From Convolutriloba macropyga (Eukaryota), in the NCBI RefSeq assembly GCF_964194025.1, contig NC_134475.1:30442001-30506000 (forward strand): 64,000 nt of DNA, written 5' to 3'. The notes beneath the pieces were generated by a model. That model worked only from the letters and a program-made list of their open reading frames with translations. It was not told the origin of the DNA and did no database searches. A program made the translations under genes and the position numbers. Positions 1-13,816 of the stretch are shown here, one piece after another. Position 1 is the stretch's first letter. Each line of letters starts with the position of its first letter.

Positions 1-4
1 TACT

Positions 5-537
5 TCACTTAGACCGATAACGGTCGAACATTGGAAAAGTTGGAGTTGGAGTTGGAAATATGTAAGTTATCACCTGAGTTGTGAATAGCGGTTTGAAACG
101 AACTGCATTTTCCTTTCGAAATACCGGCTTAGATTTCTCAATTCCATACTTCTCGTGCAACTTTGATCTCACCGATCTTCCCAAGTCTTCTTTTCCTCCT
201 ATTGGCATCAACTCAGTCACAATATTAGGTTCTTCGTTTAAATTTCTGCTATTGTCACTTGATTCCGATAATTCTTCATTTCGGAACGAAGTGAGGTCAA
301 AATGATATGGATACGAGGGGACTATTGAGCTATTTTGATCCCAACTTTTCGACTCGCTTGAAGAATCTTCAAATTGTTTATGAAATGTTTTCTGAAGGTG
401 AAGATGGTGTTCAAGGAACTGCCTCAATGTCTGCTCATTTAACTTAGAGGAACAGACAAGCTGTAGAATGTCGATTGGAATATCAAAACTGTGAAACTTT
501 GTCTGGTCAGGATTGAGTGACTCGGTCAAGACAGGCG
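5..537 (-). CDS. Probable terminal coding exon of an unidentified gene (joined to exon 7084-7447)
   Basis: Open frame of about 177 codons ending in TGA at 5-7. It is preceded on the minus strand by the acceptor ttctttcag (AG at 539-538). The exon begins with 2 nt before the first full codon, matching the phase-1 donor at 7083. Confidence 0.55.
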
Positions 538-742
538 CTGAAAGAACAATAAACTACCTAGAATCAACTAAAATCTACCACATCAGTGCGCATATCTTAG
601 AAACTATATTGTTACCACTAACACATGAGATTGAGATTGCGGTCATACTCAAAAAACTGCCCTTCGCTAGGAAATTGTCTCTTCAGCTACGGTTGATCGC
701 ATAATTAGAGAACAGTGGGCCGTAAGACCCTTACTTAGGGTA

Positions 743-783
743 CTTAATGCCCTCCGGGCTTTAAGTGTTTATCCCGTTTTTGA
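743..783 (+). repeat. Dispersed repeat motif with a GCCC-n3-GGGC palindrome
   Basis: cttaatgccctccgggctttaagtgtttatcccgtttttga matches 21281-21317 (+) and 47321-47361 (reverse complement). Confidence 0.65.
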
Positions 784-2960
784 AATAGTACAAAAATCGT
801 ATAAGAAAAGAACGACATGACTAATTGCTACAAATTTTTTACAGAGCAATTAAAAAATTTCGATTTTTTTCATTTTTGTTTGGACAAGCACGTCGATCCC
901 TAATTTTTTATACAGAAAAGTGTCTCAAAAATTTCTTGAAAAGAACAAAATTGCGGAGAAAAAAATTAGTCCCTGGACCGCTAAGTATTGATATATTTCA
1001 AACTACCATTTTTTCAGCGATTTAGAGGAAAATTAAAATTCCTGGAAAATTTAGGGGACGTTGACAGCTTTTATTCCATGTCTTATCACTTAGCCTATAC
1101 CGTAATGACAAGAAAATTGATCATGATTGGTTTGGAAACGAGCAAAATGGAAAGAACTTCAAGACAAAGAAATCCATCCTGTGACCGCCTCCTCACATGG
1201 ATTCTTTTCCTCACCTATGAAAATAATCACCGATAAAATCTTGAAGCAAAAAATCACAAGCTAGAAGCAATCTAGAAATTAGCATGAGTCTCAAATGAAA
1301 AGATTTTGTTAAACTTTAATGAAGATTTCCAAACGTCCAATTTTCATTAAGATACGGCAGATCACTATAATTCTGATGATAATTTTCGCTTATTATGTTA
1401 TCTTTTTAGATTACACGTCTCCATTTGTAATATTGCATTTATCTGAAGAATCAACGTTTTTATATATAAAAAACCTTGGCAAAAAACACGCAGTCACAGA
1501 CAAGTTAGATATGAAAAAATAACAGGAAACCAAAAAAAATTGATTAGATAAATCCAGAACTCGCCGCTGAATTAGATCTGCCGCAGAAACAGTTTAAAAT
1601 CAGTTTATGCACAACCACCACTTCAGATATCATAAATCCGCAGAGAAAAACTTCATTTACATTCAGTATCTATAAAACTAACTGTATTTTTTCAATCAAA
1701 AAGGACAAAGTTCAAAAGTTTATACTTTTCTGATTTTAAATTGCATTGATATGTGACAGCCCTGATTAATGATTTGGAATGATAATCAGGAAACATATCA
1801 AGCATTGGGGAGTAAATATTTAGTTTGATTTTAGCGCTTATGTCAATACGGTGACCCCTAATTTGGTTTTGAACTAGGAGTGTATGAATACGATATTAAC
1901 GAAAAAAATGGCGGGAAAAAAGATTCGATCAAGAAAAAAATTTCATCACGGTGGCATAAAATAGCATAACATTTCATTAATCATATTGGTTGATTATAAA
2001 GTAGAATTTTTCAAATGTTTTGGAAAATTAAATTTTTTGAGGGTTACCTATTAAATCTAACAAGGAGGCTCGTTAATGTGCGTTTGCACATTAAGTTCCG
2101 ACCCCGCTCATCTACATTTTTCACTTAATTGTCTACCAAATGAGGAAGAGATAAAAAAAAATTGACATATCAATATATCGTTCAACAAACTACTATAAGA
2201 ATAAAACAATTTACTCTAGAGGGCCTATGAGACCTGTGGCTACCATAATAAGACTACCAGAAAAGACGGCAATAAAAATCAAAGTTACAAATATTAATTA
2301 CGACCAAAACACCTTGTCCATTTTTTGAAAACAACTAATAACCAAATCGAAATGCCATCCGATAAAATCTATACTAAAAAGATTAACCGGTTCTTTTTGG
2401 AACAAAATATGGGACTTTTCCTCAATGCGACTTGGCAACAAGTCAACTAGAAATGAGCAAACGCGGCAAAAACTTATTAAAAAATTGCTTTTTTTTAAAA
2501 AAAAAGAAATATATTCGAACTGATTAGAAACAAAACGCATCAAACGAAATCATTGAGAGAGTCTCCTATACATCAATAGAGAGCAACTGAGGCCTTTCAT
2601 GACAAGATATGTCATACGACTACAAAAAGAACGACAAATACAGCCGAAAACGAAAAATTTGAACGAAAAATTATGCAGGAAAACGATGTCCCCCAATCAA
2701 ATAAATATTAAGCTGATCGCTAAAAAAGATAATAATCTTCGTTTGCATTTTTTCAGATGACAATATTTGTAAGTCAAATGACACCCATTATTGTGATATT
2801 GTGAAAAGAAAACAAAAACCTACAAAAAGGGGCAAATTTGCAAAAATCACGAAAATTGGTTTTATGAAAACTGGTTGTTCCAAGAAGAAAGACCATTTGA
2901 GTAAAAATAAAACCATTATAAAGAGCAAACTATTAAAAAAACAATGAATTTTGTATAAAT

Positions 2961-3835
2961 ATCGAGTTAAATCTGCAAAAAACGGCGAAGTTTCAATTCC
3001 GGAAGACTTTCATACGGCGCCTAATTGCAACTAGCGCTCTTTTTGAGATTTGTATGAAAACTCGTAGTACCAAAAGCAAGAAAACCTTCTGTTGAAACAA
3101 CCGGACAAAAAATTAGTTTGTATTCGATACGGAGAAAAAGTTGACCTGTACTTACTGAGAATAAACAAAATGTTGACTAAAATAATATAAAAATTTGACA
3201 AGTTCAAAAAATCACCAAAATTTCATTAAAACAAATACATTCAATAACATAAGAGACATTAGGAAACAACCGAATGAATAGAAAAATTTCACTTGCACCT
3301 CTTGAGGAAAAAATTTAGATCTTTGAGTGCTCAAGTTAAAATTCAGACTGCTAAAAGAATAACAATTGAAGGCAAAAGACAAAAGTTCAGTTGAATTTTA
3401 CTAAAACTCTTCCTCAAAGCCATAAAAACGCTCTGGTTCTCTGAAAACAAATTGTATCTACATTCGGCATCAAATTTACGTAAATTGCAGCTGTCATTAA
3501 CGGAGCCGTGAATAAAATATTTTGTCTGTAATAAACATTAAAAAAAAACAAAAGCGAAATACTTTGAAAAAAAGGCAGCATCAAAAAAAAACAAAAAGTC
3601 TCTGATTCTAAGAATGCATGATATTGTCGAACCTCTCCCTGTTTGTGTCGCGCGCCCAGAAAACCGACCACGTGTTCCAAGTGTTTTCGAATTAGACCAA
3701 TTGTTGAGTGGAATTCTTCAAATATTGAAAAGATGCATTTTGTATAATTATCGAGTTAAATCTGCAAAAACGTCAAAGTTTTAACTCCAGAAGACTTTCA
3801 TACGGCACCTTTTGCAACTAGCGCTTTTTTGAGAT
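2961..3835. repeat. Two copies of a direct repeat of about 88 bp (2961-3049 and 3750-3835)
   Basis: atcgagttaaatctgcaaaaa...gaagactttcatacggc...gcaactagcgct...tttgagatt is present twice. Confidence 0.8.
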
Positions 3836-6800
3836 TAGGGAGTCTGTGTTAAGGTATCTATGTCACTCAGTCTGGCAAACTATAACAAAGTGGAACAAAA
3901 AAGCATATTTTGTGCCATTTTTGAGAAAAAAAAAGTTTGAATTATGACAAAAAACTTCAATCAAACAATTCAGCAACGCTCTTCTATCTCTAACGGTAAC
4001 AACAACACTGTGGCGTTAAAAATTTTAACTTATTTTAAATTATATTTGCGAAATTGTTCCAAATTTCATCAAAAATTAATGAAAATGTGAACAAAAACAG
4101 TCGAATGTTCACAAAACTTTAAACCTCGATAACTCCATGTAAAACACGAAAATCGATTTCGTATTCTACGCCAGACGGGCTTTTTAATGATACCACTCAC
4201 AATTCTCTACGATGAATAATTCGGTTGGCCAAAATTGACAGAAAAGTGGGGGTCGGAACACTTAGTTGCTAGCGTTATTAGCTGGCTCCCTGCTTGAAAA
4301 ATATGGTTCCAACGAAAAAAAATATGGTTCCAACGAATCTATGGAAAATTGACTTTTTCGCGGTTTTCTCTAAGAGAAATTGACTTCTTTCGCAGTTTTC
4401 ACTTTCGGAAGATATTTATAATCATGAAAGATACTTTGCTCTCTGATCGTTGATTTCAGATATTTAAAAAAAAACTACAACTTGTTTGACGGGAAATTTC
4501 TTAAATGCGGGTAAAACTGGGAGGCGTTTGCTATTCTCATTTTACTTCTATTCTTCTGTTCTACTTATCTTTAGCTCATAAAAACATGGCATCACGATTG
4601 TTGTTTCTACAAAAATCTTTTCCATTTGTTAAAAGTAAGTAAAAACGTCCAGATTTTATTTTTTCACAAGCCAAAGATTTCGAACTATATTCTCCTCCAA
4701 TATCTGGATCACTCTTACAAAAATTAATCAACCTATTCTGCATGAGGGGGACAGCAAAAGTTGTCAGAAACTGCGTTTTTCTCAGAGTGACCAGCAGTTT
4801 TTTGCTCTGAGAGCATACCTTTGAAAAACAATTTCCATGAGGAAAAACACTTGGTACCCCGGCTGATCTGTTCGGAGATGTTTGTTTAAAGACTGATCGC
4901 AATAGGTTTGGCGGGGAATTGCCGAAATAGCGGAAAAGTTTGGTGACTTGTGCTGCCATCACTTTGCTTCTACTCTTCTATTCCACTAATCTATTCCTCC
5001 ATCAAAAAATACCATCATCGGTTCAGGATAGATTTTAACTCTTAAATTTGAATTTGTTGGGAGCCAAATAATACAAAATAGTTGCCAGCATAATGAGCTG
5101 CTTCCCTCTTCCACTAAATGAATCTAAATAATCTAGTCAAAAAATTTTGAAAAAATAGTTAGCTTTAGGCGTTTTCTCTAAGAAGAGTACAGTGCAACAG
5201 ATTATTCTGCTCTAAGAGCTTGCATTCAAAAGAAATATATAATGAGGAAAATACGTGCTCCTCCTACAGCGGCGATACTTCAAAACAAGTAACCAAAAAA
5301 AAGTTTGGGGGAAACTGCTTAAATGCTTGAGAACTTGGAAGACTTCTCTATCATCATTTTGGTTCAATACCGGCAGACTATGGCACACTGAAAATTGTCA
5401 TAGTGGCTTTAGGATAGCTCTTTATACAAAACAAATTTGAGATTTAGAACATGCAAAAAATTTTACTTATTCACTACCCTGTGGCAAATTTGGTGTGACG
5501 TGTGAAAAGTTACGTGTGACCAAAATTTAATCACTCGAATGAACAAAAAAACAGTCTCCACTAAGAGTGAAAAAAAATGACGTCATTCAGTTGAGGTGCA
5601 TGAAAGAATGAACAAAAAGCATATTTGAATTGGTGATTGTGACGTCATATGGTCGTAGCAGGACAAGTCCTGACATACAATTTAAAAAATTTTCATTGAC
5701 TAAACAAGACACTAGACCTAGAAAGGACAATGGACGGATTGGCAAAACCACTTAGAACAAAACAATGAAAAAATTGAAAATACAATTAAATGTGTGAGCA
5801 GATCTTAAAAAAACATAGCCAAAAGAATTCCGGAAACAACTCAAAGTCCTATCCGCCGAAAAAAAACTGGCTTTTCAAATAGCTAATATATCCCAGCAGA
5901 ACGCATCAATGCAGAGAAAACAACAGTCTTAAGTCAAAGGACAAAACAAAATAATGCCAGAAAAAATTAACAAGAAAAATTAGAAAAATACAATTAAATT
6001 TAAATGTAGTACAAGTACACATACAAACTAATACTGTTGTTTCATGCAAAGAAAACTGCTTTTTCAACCATAAATGTCCAAGCCTTAATGAGCTCATGAA
6101 CAACACTACTTTTTAAGAAAAGGAGAAAATGAGGAGAAATTCCTCAATTTTTTGTCAAATTGAATAAAAAAACACAATTTTGCAGCAAAAAACTTGCATA
6201 CTTTATAGTAAGCAGATCGTACAGGCATGAGATAATCAATTACTAATAAATTGAATAAAATGATACAATGAGCAAAATTCCGCAAGACTAAAAATCAGCG
6301 AAAAACCTTCAAATTAATCAAAAAAGGACAAAATAAACAGAACATATTTCACAGGCAAAAAAAATCGTTTAAAATCAAAACTGAGGCTCCGATAAAATTC
6401 GTTAAAAGTAATTAACAGTCAAAAAGTTGAAATGAATCAATTGCAAATAAAAAAATTAAGAAAGGGCTCAAACCATAAAAATGAGCCAAAAATGAAGAAA
6501 ATGTGCTCATTTAGAATTTGAAACGCATTATTACTCTCGAAAAAGACAGTGGTATCTTTCAAAGGTTCCCATATTAATACAGGTTTTACTGAAGTTTTTT
6601 GCAAAAATTATAAGCAAAAATCCTGACACAACGTAACGAAAAAACTGGCTATCTATATATGCCATTCTGCCAAAAAAACACATTTCAAAGTCGAGAAGTC
6701 ATTCGCTGATCGAAGCGCACGATCAAAAAACTTCTCTCGCTCAGAAAAAATTAGTTCATACGGCAGTTTTACTCTTTCGCTTTTAGCTCAAACGCCGTCT

Positions 6801-7083
6801 GAACAAATATTACTTCCGGAAAAACAAAACCCTAAGAAAACCAATACTCCTCTTCAAGTCGTAAAATAGAAACAGAGCCCCAATACAACAAATTCTTTGA
6901 ATTGTAAAAAACCAAGAGAAGTCCAATAATAGTCTCAGCTAATGCTTTGCGGCTATTAATAACGACAAAACGCCATCATGTCGCCAATAAAGGTTTCTCT
7001 CAGAAATGTAAGCAGTTAAGTGAATACATAGAGACAACCGAGATCGAGACCCCGCAGCTTGTGAGCGGATTTATTTATCTTAC

Positions 7084-7447
7084 CTTGGATAACCTCATCA
7101 CCACTTTCGGGCACCTTAGAGGCGAACAAAACTGCAATATCAATTTCGATGACGGGATGGCCTAAAACCATTTGATGGCTCAGAGATGCTAGAGTTTCCG
7201 AATCAAAACCACTGTTGCCCTTAATACATTGTGATATCGTGAACCGATCGCCTTCCTTACTTCGTACAAAAAATGCCACGTTAGAATTATCTTCAGAGCA
7301 TTTGTCTATTAAGGAGTCGTATATTTGTTTAATTGTGCTCCCCTTAGAATCAGTTGATTTGATTGTTTGAGATGACTTCAGACATCCGGTTACATGCAAC
7401 AGACATTTGGTCTCTTTTGAAGCCACCATTTCTGGTACAATTCTCAA
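7084..7447 (-). CDS. Probable coding exon of an unidentified gene
   Basis: Open frame bounded by the acceptor taattttcag (7449-7448) and the donor G|gtaaga (7083). Phase 1 is compatible with exon 5-537, giving ...VIQ-A-PVLTESL... No family recognised. Confidence 0.55.
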
Positions 7448-7990
7448 CTGAAAATTACCAACAGTCGGTACACTACATGTAATCTAGCTATACAGACAGA
7501 ACTTTAAACACAATTAACCTACATTTATTATCCGACTAACAATGTAGTGCTCAAAGAGATCATCAAAGCTTTGAAAGGCTACAAACCTCAATCAAGCTTT
7601 TTCATCTCTATACTATAGCCTCAAAAAACACTTATAATTAGAGGCCAGTTTTGCATGAAACTGAAAACGATACCAGTAGCTATAGATTCTAATAATAAAT
7701 GTTTCAAATAATTTCGCACAATCAAGATTCAGTATTAAATCTATAAGAATTCCAGCCGGGCAGTAGTACTGTGATACACAATTTTCCCATCTTTTTACAG
7801 AGAATGTCAGGTCGACGTTTGTTTTGTAAGAATATCTACTTAAACATTAGAATCATACATTACCTTACAATAGAAGGAAATAGGCACCACTGTCTCTTTC
7901 TCTTTAAAGCTCCACAACAACTTTTTTTCTAGCACTATATGCATGAACAGCCAACAAATCATATGAACTATCCTACGCACAAGTATCCAT

Positions 7991-10900
7991 TTTTTGGTTA
8001 AGTAATTGCTCTTTAAATATCAAAAACGTTTGAAAAAGTTGCCGACAGATTGCAGTAAAAGCTGAGAAAAACTCTTAAAAAGATATGCTGTTAAACATTT
8101 ATAGCACAAAGCAGATTATTCTACATCAGCAAATGCACAATATCCATCAAAAGATTCGAAAAAATTTTGAAATGTTAATTTCATCAACGTACTTCATTAC
8201 AAACAGCCGTCATTTCATAAGAATCTACCATTGAAAGGGTTAGCAGCAGCAACAAATACAGCAGACATTTAGAGAGTGAAGTCAACCATTTGTGATCAAA
8301 AAGGCTAACGCAATTCAGCCTATAATTCACTCCCAATCAGTTTAAAATACCACGCTATACAAATAAAAGCAGCAAAAGAACAATAAAGGAGCGGCATGAC
8401 CGTTTGAACAAAACCGCTCTTTTGAGCCTGTGGAACGAGAAAATGTAAACTGAAAAAAGGCAAGATTATTTTCTTGAAAAACTATCGTTTTTTTTACAAA
8501 AAATGATTACGTGTGGTTCTTCTGATCGAAATTGGTAGCTAAACTCGGCTTCTTGAGACTAAGATTGCAGGGTTAGTATCAAAACAATTAATTATCAGAA
8601 CAATTCATTCAAAAATGATGCAAGCTGAGAGAACTCAACAAAAATTCCTGCAAATTGCTGAAAGAGCCGCAAAATTAAGTACAGCAAAAACGAACTTTTG
8701 CCTGATGAAGTAAAAGCAAAAAGCAAAAACATATAAGCACATTATCACACTTCCTTAATTAATCTCCAAAGAGTTGAACAAATTAAACAGTTGACACTAA
8801 GCCACATGAGAATAACGACTTTGTATAGTGAATTTTGTGATGAATTCTTGTCACTATTTTTTACGGTTTCAGTTTGATTTAGCGTCTCACTGTCACTGCT
8901 GTCCACTCACGCTCACAGTCCCCATATTAAAAAACTTGGAAAAAAACTGATAATTTGCAGTAAACGTACAAGTGTACGTTGTGCAGCGTCATGCGCTCAC
9001 AGACAAACAAAAACACACACGCACATACAAACACACACACAAAGACGCACATACAAACACAAACACACACACACCTACTATACGCAAGCACAAACCATTC
9101 CAAGGCCAGCAAGAGTTCTACCATTAAGTAGCCACAACAAAAAATACGGAAATGAGAAGTTTATTGAAAATCTAGTAAATCATGTTTCTTTAATTCCAAG
9201 CCCTTCCGTTGACATCATTAACGGTATTTTGTCAGTGATCTCAAAACATTGAAATGGCTACCACAGTGGAATGATTTTTTTAAACATACCATTGTTGTTT
9301 AAAAAGAACAAAATTGGGAAAACGTTCAAAAAGAATAAATTTGAGATAAATTCTTTCTAAACAGACCAATTAAAGATAATGCTGACAAAAAAACCACCAT
9401 TTAAGTTAGTTTTATGACATCTTTTTCTTGAAACAGTATCCCAACAAGTAAACAACTTTTCGAACACTAAAAAGAGATCTTGGAGAATATTTGAACCATA
9501 TTACAAAAGTTGGCGAATTTTTCCAACAATTAAAACGAAGTCATAGTTGACACTTTTATTGTGCCTCTACTTTGAAAAAACTTTTCATCGGCGTAAATTC
9601 ATTTCAAGAACTCAGACAAAAAATATGATTCCCACCATTACGTTTTCAAAACAAAAACTTGATCCCGTGTAAGACGTATTGCAAAACGCTTTCCAGTTCA
9701 CAGTTCTAAAGACTAAGAAAAAAAACTCAAGTTATTTTCGAATACAAGAACAACTAATAAAGTCAGTTGCGGGATGAACTTCGGTTTTCTTTCTGGGAGC
9801 TCTTTCGTTTTGCTCTATCCACCATTTCAGAATATTACGTTGCAGTCAAATTTCTGTTCTCAAAAAAGACTTTTAAGAAAACAGATTTTCAACCTTTTTC
9901 TATAGCTAAAAGTGCTTAGTTGTTAATTTTTTCGCTTATATCCTTAGTGTTTTAAAATTTTTTGCTTATTTTCAGCTATCATATTCCTTGAACCAGAAAA
10001 CAATCATACTGAATAAACACCTAAAATTACTGCAAAACGGAAAAAAACAAGATCTTGAAAAAAACTTTTCGTTCTTTGCCCAACTTTTTATAACTTTTTC
10101 GTTTTTTTTTACTTCCGAGATCTGATTTTGATGGCTTCTAAATTTTTTTACAAATAGCAGAAAAATAGACAAGATAAACAGATTATATTAGTTTAAGTTG
10201 GCTTTTGTTACTTTTAAAAAAGTGTTTTTGCTAATTTTTGGTTAGGTAATTGCTCTTTAAATATCAAAAGCGTTTGAAAAGATTGCAACAAAAGCTAAGA
10301 AAAACTCTTTGAAAGATACGCTGTTAAAAATTGATAGCACAAAGCAGATTGGGCATTCGCTGATTTAGAATAGAACATTCATTAAAAAGATTCGAAAATT
10401 TTTTGAAATATTAATTTCATCAACGTACTTCATTATCAACAGCCGTCATTTCATAAAAAACTTCAATTGGAAGGGTAAGCAGCAGCAACAAAAACAGCAG
10501 ACATATAGAGAGTGAAGTCAAGCAATTGTGATCAAAAAAGGCTAACGCAATTCAGCCTATAATTCACTCCCAATCGGTTTAAGATACCACGCTATACATA
10601 TAAAAGCAGCAGAAGAACAATAAACCAACGGCATGACCTTTTGAACAAAACCGCTCTTTTGAGCCCTTGGAACGAGAAAATGTTAAACTGAAAAAAGGCA
10701 AGTTTATTTTCTTTTTTCTTGAAAAACTATCGTTCTTTTTACAAAATATGATTACGTGTTCTTCTGATCTAAATTGGTAGCTAAACTCGGCTTCTTGAGA
10801 CTAAGATTGCAGGGTTAGTACCAAAACAATTAATTGGCAGTACAATTAATTCAGAAATGATACAAGCTAACAGAAGTCAACAAAAAATCCAGGAAAATGC

Positions 10901-12900
10901 TGAAAGAGCGGCAAAATTAAGTACAGCAAAACCAACTGTTGCCTGATGAAGTAAAAACAATAAGCACATTATGACAATTCCTTATTTAATATCCAAAGAA
11001 TTGAACAAATTAACAGTTGACATTAAACCACATGAGAATAACGACTTGGTATATTGAATTTTGTGATGAGATCTTGTTATTATTTTTTACGATTTCAGTT
11101 TGATTTAGCGTCTCACAGTCACTGCTGTCCACTCATGCTCACAGTCCCCATATTATCACACTTTTAAAAAATACTGATATTTTGGAGTAAACGTAGTGTA
11201 CGCTGTGCAGCGTTATGCGCTCACAGACAAACAAAACCACGCACGCACATACAAACACACACAGACCATACGCGAGCGCAAACAACTCCAAGGCGAGCAA
11301 GAGTTGTACCATTAAGTTGTACCATAAGTTGAGCCACAATACAAAAATACGGAAATGAAAAAATTCTGGAAAAACTGGTTCAGTTTTACAATTCACAGTT
11401 CTAAAGACTCAGAAAAGAACTCAAGTTTTTTCGAATACACGAACAACTAATAAAGTCAGTTGCCTAATGAACTTCGGTTTTCTTTTGTAGAGCTCTTTCG
11501 TTTTGCTCTATCCACCATTTCAGAATATTACGTTGCAGTCAAATTTCTGTTCTCAAAAAAGACTGTTTTAAGAAAACAGAATTTCAACCTTTTTCTAAAG
11601 ATAGAAAGCGCTGAGTTGTTAATGTTTCGCTTATATCTTGAGTGTTAAAAAAAATTTTTTGCTTATTTTTACTATCATATACCTTGAACCAGAAATTCAT
11701 ACTGAATAAAACCTAAAATTATTGCAAAACTGAAAAATAACAAGATCTTGAAAAGAACTTGTCGTTCTTTGCCCAAGTTTTTATAAATGTTTCGTTCTTT
11801 TCTACTTCCGATATCTGATTTTGATGGTTTCTAATTTTTTTTTTACAAATAGCAGAAAAATTGACAAGATAAACAGATTATATTCGTTTAAGTTGACTTT
11901 TGCTACTTTTAAAAAAGGTTTTTTTGCTAATTTTTAGTTAAGTAATTGCTCTTTAAATATCAAAAGTGTTTGAAGAGATCGTAGTAAAAGCAGAGAAAAA
12001 CTCTTTAAAAGATATGCTGTTAAACATTTATAGCACAAAGCAGATAGTGCGTCTGATGTAGAAAAGAATTAAAAAGATTCGAAAATTTTGAAATGTTAAT
12101 TTCATCAACGTACTACATTACCAAAAGCCGTCATTTCATAAGAATCTTCAATTGAAATGGTTTGGGTAGCAGCAGCAACAAATACAGCAGTCAGTTACAG
12201 AGTGACGTCAACCATTTCTGATCAAAATAACGCTATTGAAACTCAGCCTATAATTCATTCCCAATCAGTTTATGATACCAGACTTTACAAATAAAAGCAG
12301 CAAGCGAACAAAAAAGGCCGCGTGACAGTTTGAACATAACTGCTCTTTTGAGCCTGCGGAACGAGAAAATGTAAACTGAAAAAAAAAACGCAAGATTGTT
12401 TTCTTGAAAAACTATGTTTTTATTACAAAATATGATTACGTGTTGTTCTTCTGATCTAAATGGTAGCTAAACCCACTTCGGCTTCTTGAGAATAAGATAG
12501 CAGGGTTAGTATCAAAACATTTAATTAGCATAACTGGTTACTAAATTCTAAAAAAATTGAGTAACTGACATGTAACTAGACTTTATGTGCTTATTCCCCT
12601 TTTCTTTTTGATTTGATTTCTCGCCATTGACTCCGTTTGCAATACTGCGCTAACTAGAAATGCATTGTAGAGCAACTGCTGTTTCAGAAATGATGCAAGC
12701 TAACAGAAGTCAACAAAAATTCCTGGAAAATGTTGAAAGAGCGGCAAAATTAAGTACAGCAAAACGAACTTGTGCATGATGAAGTAAAAACAATGAGCAA
12801 AAACATATAAGCACATTATGACAACTCCTTAATTATTCTCCAAAGAATTGAACAAATTAAACAGGACATTCAGCCACATGAGAATATTGACTTTGTGTAG
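7991..12900. repeat. Degenerate tandem array of a 1.7-2.2 kb unit (copies start at about 7991, 10236 and 11931; third copy partial)
   Basis: Each copy begins ttttt(g/a)gtta(a/g)gtaattgctctttaaatatcaaaa and shares long collinear blocks. Copy 1 has an extra 500 bp or so (9198-9699) and copy 3 an extra 140 bp or so (12530-12680). Confidence 0.9.
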
Positions 12901-13758
12901 TAAACAATTACCTATTTAAAAAACTGGCGTTGACAAAACCATTAATTTAGAGAACGATAGGCGGTTGAACTCTTCATTCTACGGGACCTTAGGCGGCCTG
13001 CACTGGCTTTGCAGAAAACATAAAAAGCGGTCAACAATCAAAATTGAAATCAAATGTTTTCAGAACGAATGGTGACATAGAAAAAATAACCGTAATTTGC
13101 AAAAAGAAACTATTAAATGGGTTAATTTTTGCCTAATTAAAAAATCTATAAGATCTATCATTGGGAACTGAAACTGAGACCAAGAAATGAAAAAGAGAAT
13201 ACGGGGAAAACTCTTTCAGGGAAACACGGGAAAGAGAAGAAACATTTCAGAAAAAAAAGTATCGAATTCTTTAACATCGTTGGCTATAACGTTAAACAAT
13301 CATAAAGATCCAGTTTACCGTCAATTGATGACTAAAGAGACCCCTCTCTTATTAATTTAATTAAATTAGGTGATAAGACAACAAAATCAAATAAATACGG
13401 CAAAATGTTTTCTTGACAACGAATAGCTCCAATAAAAAAACTTTAGAGAAGAATTGAACTATCACAAATTATGTCTCTTTGTTAATTATGTCTCATTTCT
13501 CATTAGAGAACCCAGCGTAAAAGGCGCTAAAAGCTGACAACAGGCTCAACTTAGCAAATTATTTTAATTTATTTCATTAAAATGCACTAAAATCTGCACG
13601 GTCTATATGAAACCTGTGCCAACTCGGTTTTCGGTGCCAATTCAACTAATCTATTGGACCAAAATTAGTACCCCTAACTAGATTTACGTCCACTGTTTTC
13701 TAAATTAGAGATCCCAGGGTACAATTACATAGGTCACTAAAACTTCGAGGCAGAGCGC

Positions 13759-13816
13759 TTAGTTTGAAAGATTGAACTTAGACTTAAAGAAGTGAAAGTT
13801 CAATCTTTCAAACTAA
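13759..13816. repeat. Perfect 21-bp inverted repeat with a 16-nt loop
   Basis: ttagtttgaaagattgaactt (13759-13779) and aagttcaatctttcaaactaa (13796-13816). Confidence 0.9.

Noticed and set aside
4296-4400. Short direct repeats (aaaaatatggttccaacgaa x2; aaattgactt..tcgc x2) as a CRISPR-like array
   Set aside because: Only two copies each, no spacers, and a eukaryotic context.
4576-5440. ORFs 4576-4962 and 5255-5440
   Set aside because: No recognisable motifs or splice signals. They are possibly eroded TE sequence within the intron.
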